This document shows positions 1-7,417 of a stretch of DNA of 39,668 nucleotides, piece after piece. The stretch comes from Candidatus Saccharimonadia bacterium (GTDB taxonomy: Bacteria > Patescibacteriota > Saccharimonadia > Saccharimonadales > SZUA-47), in assembly GCA_938050265.1 (NCBI GenBank), contig CALLJT010000010.1, positions 1 through 39,668 on the forward strand. The letters are read 5' to 3'. Positions within the stretch are counted from its first letter, which is position 1. Each line of letters opens with the position of its first letter. Position numbers and translations under genes: made by a program. The notes below the pieces were generated by a model. That model was not told the DNA's origin. It saw only the letters and a list, made by a program, of their open reading frames with translations, and searched no databases.

Positions 1-57
1 ATGCCTCTACTCTACACGACTCGTGTCGATTTAACCTAGCCTGTAGATTACATAAGG

Positions 58-2046
58 CTACGGATTAACAAACGGGTTGCTCTGCGAACCATCTGGCTCA
101 TAGAATACAGGCATCTTGCTGTTCGCCTGCGGCAAGTTCGGCATCAATGGAGGTGGTACAGCCGGGGCTGAGCCGCCTTCTGACGGAGTGCTCCCTGCTG
201 ATACGTCGTCAGCGGTCGGCATCTGTACGACATGCTCCGCTGCTGGCTCTGGCTCTTTTGTCTCCGCAGCCTGAGCTGATGGCTCTACGGGAGCCTGTTC
301 ACTCTCTAGCTGCACAGGTGCTTCATACTTAGGCGCTGGTGTCGCAGGAGCCGCCGCAGGTGTCTCACCTACACTCGACCCAGCTGATGGCTCTTCGCCT
401 GGCAATGCAGGCAGTACCGGGAGCGTAGCAGATGCGGTACTCCCCATGAAATCTCCAACGTCTTCGACGATATCGTTCGGCACATCTGGGACTGGGGGGC
501 TATGCACTGCATGCTCGAGATCTTCAAGCGTCGTATGGTCTTCTACAGGGGCCGGCTGAGGTTCCTCTACCGGATCAGGGACAGATGGTGACGGCATGTC
601 TGCCGACGACGGAGTCTGCGCCTGCTGCGTGTCTGCAGGTGGCATACCAGGAATTGGATCTACTAAAAACTGTGGTTCTTCTGGCTGAGATTCGAGCGAT
701 GTATCCGCTGGAGGTAGCACCTTTGCATGCTGTACGTCATCCATGCTCTCTGAAGATGCAGATGCGCCGTCAGAGTCAGAAGACTCTAGGCCTCGTGTGG
801 CTGCAGCCGATGAAAGCACATCAGAAAGATGATCAGGCCCACTACTTTCTGAGCTCGTTCGGTCACTTGGATCAGGTGCGTCGCTGAGTACCTGCTCGCC
901 CCTTTTGAGTACTTTTCCTTCTAAAACTGAAGCGTGGTCCTCTGCGTGACGCGGATCAACATCTGCAAGATCATGCAAACTACCACCGAACAATCCAGAT
1001 GGGTCAGCTTTTTTGGCTGAGTCAGACGGCGGAGCCGCCCCGATGAGTGCGTGCTCTGATGAGTCCATGCGTGCTTCGTCTGTGGGACCACCGGAGCTTG
1101 AATCGTTTGAATCACCACCGAGACGCTCTCCAAGAGGCGTTGACTCCTGTGCTGCTTCGTCACCCTGAACAAGTGGCATCATCATGCCGTCTTCATTAAT
1201 ATGAATTTCTTCAGACGTGTCAGACGCGCCTACGCTCGATGACCCAGACGTATCATGACCGATATCTTCCATGATTGGCTGGATATCGCTGGCGTCTGGT
1301 AGATGCTCCATCTTCTCAGCAATCAGCTGCTGGTTCGCACCTGCACTCATGAGCATTGAGCTCAGCGCCAGTACCTGAGGAGTTGTCTTGTCATTCTTGA
1401 ACCTATCAGTTTCAGAAACCATACCCGTCAGAAGCGCAGTTGCAATCTGGTTATCCACGACTTCTGGGCCGAACAATTCAGCAATACCAGCGATCATTTC
1501 AGAAACACCACTGGCGTTCGGATTATTCCAGTTGAGCGTACCTATTTCTACCGGTGCTGCACCATGACTCAAACTAACCACTGTCGCATCATGCAGGATC
1601 CTACCGTGCGAAACGACCGCTTCGTCGAAATCGTCTTTACTCAACACACCGAGTGTAACGACGACGTCAACATTGAGATCACCCTGACTGAAATTCAGGT
1701 CTTCCTCGGTAATCGACGTTTTATACGGAGTTATGAAAATCCGCACTACGTTATCTTCGACTTTATAGCGCAGTTTGTCGGCTTTCTCTTTGTCGAGCGC
1801 GATTATGAAGTCGCGGAGACTGTCCGTCGTCTGCTCTATCGCCATGTCTGGCTGCAAGAATTCGAGCGTTGACGGAACATGACCACTAAACACAGTCGTG
1901 GCTTTTTTGTCCATATGGTTCAGGATGAGCGTGAGAGCGATGGCCGCTGTTAGATCGTCGACCGACGGGCTGCTTTTGACTGTCAACATGACACTCGTAG
2001 CGCCGCGGAGCGTTTCTACAACTTGTTGTATAACTGGATCTTGCAT
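58..2046 (-). CDS. DHH-family (NrnA-like) phosphoesterase homolog with degenerate catalytic motifs and a ~400-aa acidic Pro/Ser/Asp/Glu-rich low-complexity C-terminal tail
   Basis: 662-aa ORF with an ATG start. The N-terminal ~250 aa have DHH/DHHA1-like architecture, but the DxD and DHH positions read VDD and SLSHG. The rest is compositionally biased. Confidence 0.6.
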   Translation of the reverse strand: MQDPVIQQVVETLRGATSVMLTVKSSPSVDDLTAAIALTLILNHMDKKATTVFSGHVPSTLEFLQPDMAIEQTTDSLRDFIIALDKEKADKLRYKVEDNVVRIFITPYKTSITEEDLNFSQGDLNVDVVVTLGVLSKDDFDEAVVSHGRILHDATVVSLSHGAAPVEIGTLNWNNPNASGVSEMIAGIAELFGPEVVDNQIATALLTGMVSETDRFKNDKTTPQVLALSSMLMSAGANQQLIAEKMEHLPDASDIQPIMEDIGHDTSGSSSVGASDTSEEIHINEDGMMMPLVQGDEAAQESTPLGERLGGDSNDSSSGGPTDEARMDSSEHALIGAAPPSDSAKKADPSGLFGGSLHDLADVDPRHAEDHASVLEGKVLKRGEQVLSDAPDPSDRTSSESSGPDHLSDVLSSAAATRGLESSDSDGASASSESMDDVQHAKVLPPADTSLESQPEEPQFLVDPIPGMPPADTQQAQTPSSADMPSPSVPDPVEEPQPAPVEDHTTLEDLEHAVHSPPVPDVPNDIVEDVGDFMGSTASATLPVLPALPGEEPSAGSSVGETPAAAPATPAPKYEAPVQLESEQAPVEPSAQAAETKEPEPAAEHVVQMPTADDVSAGSTPSEGGSAPAVPPPLMPNLPQANSKMPVFYEPDGSQSNPFVNP

Positions 2047-2205
2047 AGTCAGTGTTTGCCTTGTTTGTTGTTCGTTAGTTGATTTTTGTGTTTTGTAACG
2101 ATAGCTGTTGCTACTTTGTTTTTATTAGTATATATGCGCCAATAGTATCATGCTAGTGATTACATGACAAGACGTGATCCGCAGGTAGCCCTGCAGCCCT
2201 TCCTA

Positions 2206-2234
2206 TTTACTTCTTGTAACATCTTAGGTATACT
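2206..2234 (+). promoter_or_regulatory. Putative sigma70-type promoter for rpsT (TTTACT-N17-TATACT)
   Basis: Hexamers at 2206-2211 and 2229-2234 with a 17-nt spacer. An AAGGAG SD lies at 2284-2289, 13 nt before the ATG at 2303. Confidence 0.3.
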
Positions 2235-2302
2235 TGCAACCCAATAGATTATTTAACAGTAAACTTGAGTGAACACTACTCTTAAGGAGCCACAAAAAAC
2301 CT

Positions 2303-2914
2303 ATGCCAATTATTAAGTCAGCTAAAAAGCGCGTACGAACCACGATCAAAGCGAGTATCCGTAATTCAAAAACTAAGCGAGACATGAGATCTACACTCAA
2401 ATCGTTCCAGACTGCCGTCGCTTCAAACAAAAACGTCGCACAAGCCCAGTCCTCTGCTCAGAGTGCTATTGATACAGCTGTCAAAAAGAACATCATCACC
2501 AAAAACAAAGCCGCACGCATGAAGAAAAACATCAGCGCTCAGGCAAAAACCGCGTCTACTGGACGCCCAACTACAGCTGCCAAAAAACCAGCTACTAAAA
2601 AAGCGACCGCGGCCAAGCCTGTGGCTAAAAAATCCCCAGCGAAAAAAGCACCCGCTAAAACAGCAGCTGACGATCTGACAAAAATTGAAGGTGTTGGACC
2701 GAAAATCAAAGATCTCCTGCACGCCGCAGACATCAAAACATTCCAGAACCTTGCAGATGCACCTACAGCAACAGTCAAGCAGGTTCTCGCAGACGCTGGT
2801 TCACGCTACGCAAGTCACGACCCTGGTACATGGGGCAAACAAGCCAAGCTTGCAGCTGATGGCAAATTCGACGAGCTCAAAACCCTCCAAGACAAGCTCG
2901 ACGGCGGCAAATAG
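2303..2914 (+). CDS. rpsT: 30S ribosomal protein S20 fused to a Lys/Ala/Pro-rich linker and a C-terminal helix-hairpin-helix-like domain
   Basis: The N-terminal ~85 aa (MPIIKSAKKRVRTT...KNKAARMKKNIS) are typical S20. The linker is KKPATKKATAAKPVAKKSPAKKAPAK. The C-terminus (LTKIEGVGPKIKDLL...TWGKQAKLAADGKFDELKTLQDKL) has an HhH G-P-K hairpin. A strong SD is present. Confidence 0.85.
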   Translation: MPIIKSAKKRVRTTIKASIRNSKTKRDMRSTLKSFQTAVASNKNVAQAQSSAQSAIDTAVKKNIITKNKAARMKKNISAQAKTASTGRPTTAAKKPATKKATAAKPVAKKSPAKKAPAKTAADDLTKIEGVGPKIKDLLHAADIKTFQNLADAPTATVKQVLADAGSRYASHDPGTWGKQAKLAADGKFDELKTLQDKLDGGK

Positions 2915-2953
2915 TTCCGCAGACCAGCTCCACTGCCCCTCGATCCGTTCCAA

Positions 2954-3075
2954 CTGACCCACGTCCACTTTTTCCTGTGAGAGTAGTATAAGCGTAGTGC
3001 AGCCAGAGGCATCCCGCCTTCGGGGTGGCCCTGCGCGAAACGCTACTCGATGAGGGAAACGTGGACGTGGGTCAG
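2954..3075. mobile_element. Palindromic ~120-nt MITE-like / structured repeat, copy 1
   Basis: Perfect 14-bp terminal inverted repeat TGACCCACGTCCAC...GTGGACGTGGGTCA. The core 2955-3074 is 120/120 identical to 5371-5490. It lies between the convergent ends of rpsT and holA. Confidence 0.7.
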
Positions 3076-3106
3076 CCTGTTTGTATGAGAACCATATGAA
3101 CACGGT

Positions 3107-4015
3107 TTATACAGTCAGTAGGTACAGTTCGAGTGCCGCATCAGGGTCAGCCACCGATTTTATATCCCTATCTAGATTGAGCAAATCACGTACGTGACGC
3201 TTGGCATCATCTTTACTGACATCGCGAGCTATTTTAAGCGTTTTTCGCGCCGAATACGGTGACTGTCCGGCTGCTATGAGTGCCGACTCAGATTGGGGCT
3301 GTGCAAACACTGCCTGCGTCAGCGAATGTAGCTGCCATGTCAGCATCGACACTATGTAGTGTGGATCAATACGCTGCTTGCGTTGGTCTCTGTATTGAGC
3401 GACTGCTGCCTGAGCGTCACCTGCAAACACTGCGTCTAGCATGTCGAATATACTACTCTGTGGAGACTGTTCAACGTGCCTGTCGATGTCGCTTTTCGTT
3501 ATCTCTGAGGTGACAATGCTCAGCTTAGCAAGTTCGTTTTGCAACATGAATGTATTCACGCCAGCTCGCTCGACCAGATACACCGCGTCACGGTACTGCA
3601 GCGTCATGCCACGCTCCTGAGCCTGAGCGACAACCCACTTCGGCAGCTCATTCTGCTTCATTTCAGGATAGTCACGAATGTCTGCGTGTTTTTTAAGCGT
3701 TTTCCACGCCACGGAACGCTTATCCAGTTTTGAACCTCGTATGACAACATCCACCTGGTCTGCAGTACGATCAATGAGCTGATCAATACGCTCAAGGAGC
3801 TGTTTGTTCTCGTGTGGCTCATGAACCACCACGAGCTTACGCTCCACAAGAAACGGCACGCTCTGCACCGCCTGAATGACTGCGTCTGCGTCTTTTTCAG
3901 AGGCGTCGATCAGCTCAACACCAAACTCCCCCCGCTCACTCCGTGCTGCGCTCACCATATCGGTCAGCGCTGCGTGTATAGCGACTTCGTTTTTGCCCGT
4001 TAGTACAGTAATCAT
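3107..4015 (-). CDS. holA: DNA polymerase III delta subunit
   Basis: 302 aa with an N-terminus and length typical of HolA (MITVLTGKNE...). holA-rpsT adjacency, as I recall it in Firmicutes-type genomes, is consistent. Confidence 0.75.
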   Translation of the reverse strand: MITVLTGKNEVAIHAALTDMVSAARSERGEFGVELIDASEKDADAVIQAVQSVPFLVERKLVVVHEPHENKQLLERIDQLIDRTADQVDVVIRGSKLDKRSVAWKTLKKHADIRDYPEMKQNELPKWVVAQAQERGMTLQYRDAVYLVERAGVNTFMLQNELAKLSIVTSEITKSDIDRHVEQSPQSSIFDMLDAVFAGDAQAAVAQYRDQRKQRIDPHYIVSMLTWQLHSLTQAVFAQPQSESALIAAGQSPYSARKTLKIARDVSKDDAKRHVRDLLNLDRDIKSVADPDAALELYLLTV

Positions 4016-4066
4016 AGGTACTAGTATGCAAGTAGTGGGTAGTAAGTAGCAAGGGACTAAACAGTA

Positions 4067-5023
4067 TTATGCCTGACACTGTGGGCAGGTATGTGTACCG
4101 CGGCCAGCAACCTTGGATTTTTCTATAGTAGACCCACAGCGTGTGCACGGAAGACCCTCTCGCCGAAACACCTGTGCGAAACTGGTGTAGCTGCCTGACT
4201 CGCCTTCTGCATTAACGTATGTTTTATCAGTACTACCACCGTGTTCTATCGACAGTTTTAATACTCGTATGAGCTCGGTGTACAAAACTCTTAACCTATC
4301 GTCGGAAACAGCACTCACACGCTCTGTCGGGTGTATACGTGCCGCCCATAAGCTCTCGTCTGCATATATGTTTCCCACACCAGCAAGCACACTCTGGTCA
4401 AGCAGCGCCGCTTTGATCATCCTCTTGTTAGCAGTGCGCATACGTTGAACAAATATTGTGTTCACAAACGATGTATCAAGTGGCTCTGGTCCCAGCTTCT
4501 TAATAAATGGGTCGTCCTGCACCGCGTAACTCGGCAGGAGCTTGACCCAGCCAAACTTTCGCTGATCGTTGAAATACAAATGTGAACCATCCACAAACTC
4601 AAACACGACCCGTGTCGACTTGTCAGGCAGGTGACCCACAAGGCTTTCGTTTGGGTGCCCTGCTCCAAACCTGACTTCGTCGGGTGAGGTATGAAGACTG
4701 ATAGTTGAGCGCTGACGGTCCGCAGCCAACTTTGGAGTTTCAACTTTGGACTTTGAGCTGTGTTGTTCATTCGGGACAAAAACAAGCTGTCCTGTCATTT
4801 TCAGATGTATCAGGATCGAATACTCAGTACTGAGTGTGATCACCAGTGCCTTGCCTCTCCTCTGTACAGATTCGACACGAGCACCAATCAAAAACGCATC
4901 GACGTCATTACTACTGTTTGGGAACCCCTTAGGCCAGTCGTGTGACACATCGGCAACAGTTCTACCAACGATCAGACGCTCAAGCCCACGTTTAACTGTT
5001 TCAACTTCTGGTAGTTCTGGCAT
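4067..5023 (-). CDS. mutM: Formamidopyrimidine-DNA glycosylase (Fpg/MutM)
   Basis: MPELPEVETVKRG N-terminus with catalytic Pro2, an H2TH region and a C-terminal CxxC...CxxC zinc finger. The start was moved to the ATG at 5023; the longer ORF to 5179 is an upstream read-through. Confidence 0.9.
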   Translation of the reverse strand: MPELPEVETVKRGLERLIVGRTVADVSHDWPKGFPNSSNDVDAFLIGARVESVQRRGKALVITLSTEYSILIHLKMTGQLVFVPNEQHSSKSKVETPKLAADRQRSTISLHTSPDEVRFGAGHPNESLVGHLPDKSTRVVFEFVDGSHLYFNDQRKFGWVKLLPSYAVQDDPFIKKLGPEPLDTSFVNTIFVQRMRTANKRMIKAALLDQSVLAGVGNIYADESLWAARIHPTERVSAVSDDRLRVLYTELIRVLKLSIEHGGSTDKTYVNAEGESGSYTSFAQVFRREGLPCTRCGSTIEKSKVAGRGTHTCPQCQA

Positions 5024-5115
5024 GCATACTAGTATCGTGTACTGTCGTGGAACTATCAAGCACGACCGACACTTCACTCTTGATAGATCCACCCGCGTAC
5101 TCAATACTAGAGAGT

Positions 5116-5352
5116 ATGGAATCAATCTCTGATATAGCACGTGCGCGCAAACCAATTGAGCCGACGCAGATAGCAGCATTAAAAAAGTATGCTCAAGATA
5201 CGCACAACATCCAGATCTCTGTAAAACAGTCGAAACACATGTACCTCATCTACGTACCGAGTGCCGCATTCGCCCAAAAGTTCAGACACGAAACACAAGA
5301 CATAACGCGCCAATGCGAACTCGACAAGCCACTCGTGATACACATCGGATAA
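5116..5352 (+). CDS. Small hypothetical protein (possibly DUF721/DciA-like)
   Basis: 78-aa ORF from the ATG at 5116; the track ORF begins at a GTG at 5047. The resemblance to DUF721 is weak and from recall only. Confidence 0.4.
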   Translation: MESISDIARARKPIEPTQIAALKKYAQDTHNIQISVKQSKHMYLIYVPSAAFAQKFRHETQDITRQCELDKPLVIHIG

Positions 5353-5370
5353 CCGCTACAGTCCGTGCGA

Positions 5371-5490
5371 TGACCCACGTCCACTTTTTCCTGTGAGAGT
5401 AGTATAAGCGTAGTGCAGCCAGAGGCATCCCGCCTTCGGGGTGGCCCTGCGCGAAACGCTACTCGATGAGGGAAACGTGGACGTGGGTCA
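5371..5490. mobile_element. Palindromic MITE-like repeat, copy 2
   Basis: Identical to 2955-3074. Flanked by the 9-bp direct repeat AGTCCGTGC (5360-5368 and 5492-5500). Its last 3 nt supply the stop codon of the HAD gene. Confidence 0.75.
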
Positions 5491-6066
5491 GAGTCCGTGC
5501 TGTCGAAGCGCCTGTGTGCACGAAGAGATCCCCGTATACAACTCAGCAACCATGCCCACACTGCGTGCACCGTCAACGTTACGCTGTACATCATCAAAAA
5601 ACAGGCACTGTTCAGGCTTGATTGCGAGCTGGTCACTCACGTATTCGAATAAGCGACGATCAGGCTTAACATACCCAACTGCCCCACTCTCGACTATCGC
5701 ATCAAAATAATTGTCGACCTGCTCTGTCGATAGATTGCGAGCCAAAAACCCAGCCCCCACGTTCGAAACAATCGCAGTCTTCAGCCCTCGGCTGCGCAGC
5801 TCTGCGATGACCTGCAGTAGCCCTGGGTCGAGCGCACCCATCTGGTCACGCTCCCGGACGACCTCTTCCAGCTCACGCCCATATATCTCAGATGCAGCAC
5901 GCCAAAACTCATCGCGGTCGATATGACCATAGTTAGCTGCTCGGGCAATATCTGCAAGCTCCTGATCCTGTGCATCGGTCCTGTCAGGGATATACAGATT
6001 CGCTAGCCCCCATAACGTGTCTGCATGCAGCACGCCAAAAAAATCAAACAGCACGGCTTTAATCAT
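5488..6066 (-). CDS. HAD-superfamily hydrolase (subfamily IA-like)
   Basis: Motif I-like VLFDFFGVL (second Asp replaced), then IVSNVG, KPD and FFDDVQRN motifs. ATG at 6066 is preferred over the TTG at 6081. Confidence 0.75.
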   Translation of the reverse strand: MIKAVLFDFFGVLHADTLWGLANLYIPDRTDAQDQELADIARAANYGHIDRDEFWRAASEIYGRELEEVVRERDQMGALDPGLLQVIAELRSRGLKTAIVSNVGAGFLARNLSTEQVDNYFDAIVESGAVGYVKPDRRLFEYVSDQLAIKPEQCLFFDDVQRNVDGARSVGMVAELYTGISSCTQALRQHGL

Positions 6067-6139
6067 GCGTACTAGTATCAAGTACGACCCTCATAAATGC
6101 AATGCGTTCGGCATGCTCCGCACTGCTGCTTGCCTACTG

Positions 6140-6787
6140 CTAGTCGCGAGAGAGTCTGAGGCCAGTGTCAGATATAAGTTCGTTGAACTCTGGTACTTGT
6201 CGGATAAACAGACGGCGTACGGCGTTCATATTAGTGCCAGCCGTACCAGGAAACTCGTAGCATGACGTGAACCATCTACGCACATCGTCGCCGAGCTCTA
6301 ACACGTGCCGACGCCCATCAGGACAGACGCCTTTTTCTGCGAAATCGTCGTCAACTGACGTACCAAGTAATCGTGACGTAACGTTAAGCGCTTCGAGTGA
6401 TTCGATAAAGTTCGTATACGCTTCGTCGTTGTTACTATAGGTTTTTTCGTCGATAACAATCTGACCGTAGTTTGAATACACGCGCATCAATACGGTACCG
6501 CTCGAAACCTCAATCGTGTAACTTCGGTGATCCTGAGTCGCTACGATAGGGCCCTCTACGGTGTATCGCACTGTTCGTACGTTTAACAGTCCTTCTTCAC
6601 TGTCGCTATCGGCCACGCCACGGTTTTCAGATGTAGTCGTATCGTCTCCAGTGTTATCACTGCCAAACACTGTCCGGGCGAGCGAAGCGATACCCCATGT
6701 AATAAGGATAAACAGCAGTATACCGCCGATGATGAGTACGACCCATCGGATTTTAGAAACAACGTCAGTGTTAGCAATGAAGTCCAT
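6140..6787 (-). CDS. Membrane-anchored hypothetical protein
   Basis: 215 aa with a single N-terminal TM helix (VVLIIGGILLFILITWGIASL). No recognisable domain. Confidence 0.55.
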   Translation of the reverse strand: MDFIANTDVVSKIRWVVLIIGGILLFILITWGIASLARTVFGSDNTGDDTTTSENRGVADSDSEEGLLNVRTVRYTVEGPIVATQDHRSYTIEVSSGTVLMRVYSNYGQIVIDEKTYSNNDEAYTNFIESLEALNVTSRLLGTSVDDDFAEKGVCPDGRRHVLELGDDVRRWFTSCYEFPGTAGTNMNAVRRLFIRQVPEFNELISDTGLRLSRD

Positions 6788-6852
6788 AGCTATGTATTAT
6801 AGCATATTTATTGCATATAAGCAATAGCAACTTCCTGCTGTACGTATACTGT

Positions 6853-7293
6853 CTATTCGCTTCTTTTCTTCAGGAAATTGACAACCACAGACTTGGCTGG
6901 CTCAAGCACGCCCGCGTCGTCGATATCGTCAAGCCCAACCCAGACTGCCTCCGAAACCTCAGAGTTCTGCAGTTCAAAATCTGTTTCTTCGATTGTACAT
7001 TCAAAAAACACACCGACAAACTGCATGCGCGTATCACCTCGCTCTGCACGCCACTCTCCAACGTCAATAATACCGTTCACCTTCGGTGTGACACCGATTT
7101 CCTCCTCAACTTCACGTGCCACACAATCATAGATCGATTCCCCAAGTTCAAGCATGCCACCTGGAGGGTGGCACTGCTTGTGCCCCGAGATGGTAGGATC
7201 AGACTGCCTCAACACAAGGACTTGGTTATTTTGATTAACGATTATCGCTTTTGCGGCAACGTGCAGGACATTAGGCTTCATACTCTTTGACAT
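6853..7293 (-). CDS. Nudix hydrolase
   Basis: Nudix box GGMLELGESIYDCVAREVEEEIGV. Confidence 0.85.
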   Translation of the reverse strand: MSKSMKPNVLHVAAKAIIVNQNNQVLVLRQSDPTISGHKQCHPPGGMLELGESIYDCVAREVEEEIGVTPKVNGIIDVGEWRAERGDTRMQFVGVFFECTIEETDFELQNSEVSEAVWVGLDDIDDAGVLEPAKSVVVNFLKKRSE

Positions 7294-7417
7294 CGTTTAT
7301 TTGTGGTGTTGTGACTCTAGGGTTACTGATACAAATCCAATGGCACTGAGCCACAGGATCTTTCCAGGTATTTATATTAGATGTGTCTAGTGTAGCACTA
7401 CACTGACATATAAATGC

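Noticed and set aside
2990-3060. A possible kink-turn or C/D-box-like motif (GATGA opposite GTGA) inside repeat copies 1 and 2.
   Set aside because: It is not conserved in copies 3 and 4, where the region is a simple AA/G internal loop, and the box order is reversed relative to C/D RNAs.
2954-3075. The repeat as a retron msr/msd or a group II intron fragment.
   Set aside because: No reverse transcriptase or intron-encoded protein is nearby, and I could recognise no intron domain V/VI-like consensus. The TSDs fit cut-and-paste or copy-in transposition better.
2801-3103. Track ORFs 2801-3103(-) and 5250-5636(-) share a ~40-aa identical peptide (DPRPRFPHRVAFRAGPPRRRDASGCTTLILLSQEKVDVG).
   Set aside because: The shared peptide is simply the translation of the identical palindromic repeat copies. 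The flanking parts differ and overlap real genes or intergenic DNA, so this is not a conserved protein.
5024-5179. N-terminal extensions of track ORFs for mutM, dnaG (22997-23119), mscL (25411-25467), rlmH (34341-34478), the photolyase-related gene (27175-27219), xre and vapC.
   Set aside because: The extensions begin at TTG or GTG or run into intergenic or repeat DNA. The conserved N-termini (PELPEVE, MDAVADIK and others) begin at internal ATGs that have promoter or SD signals.
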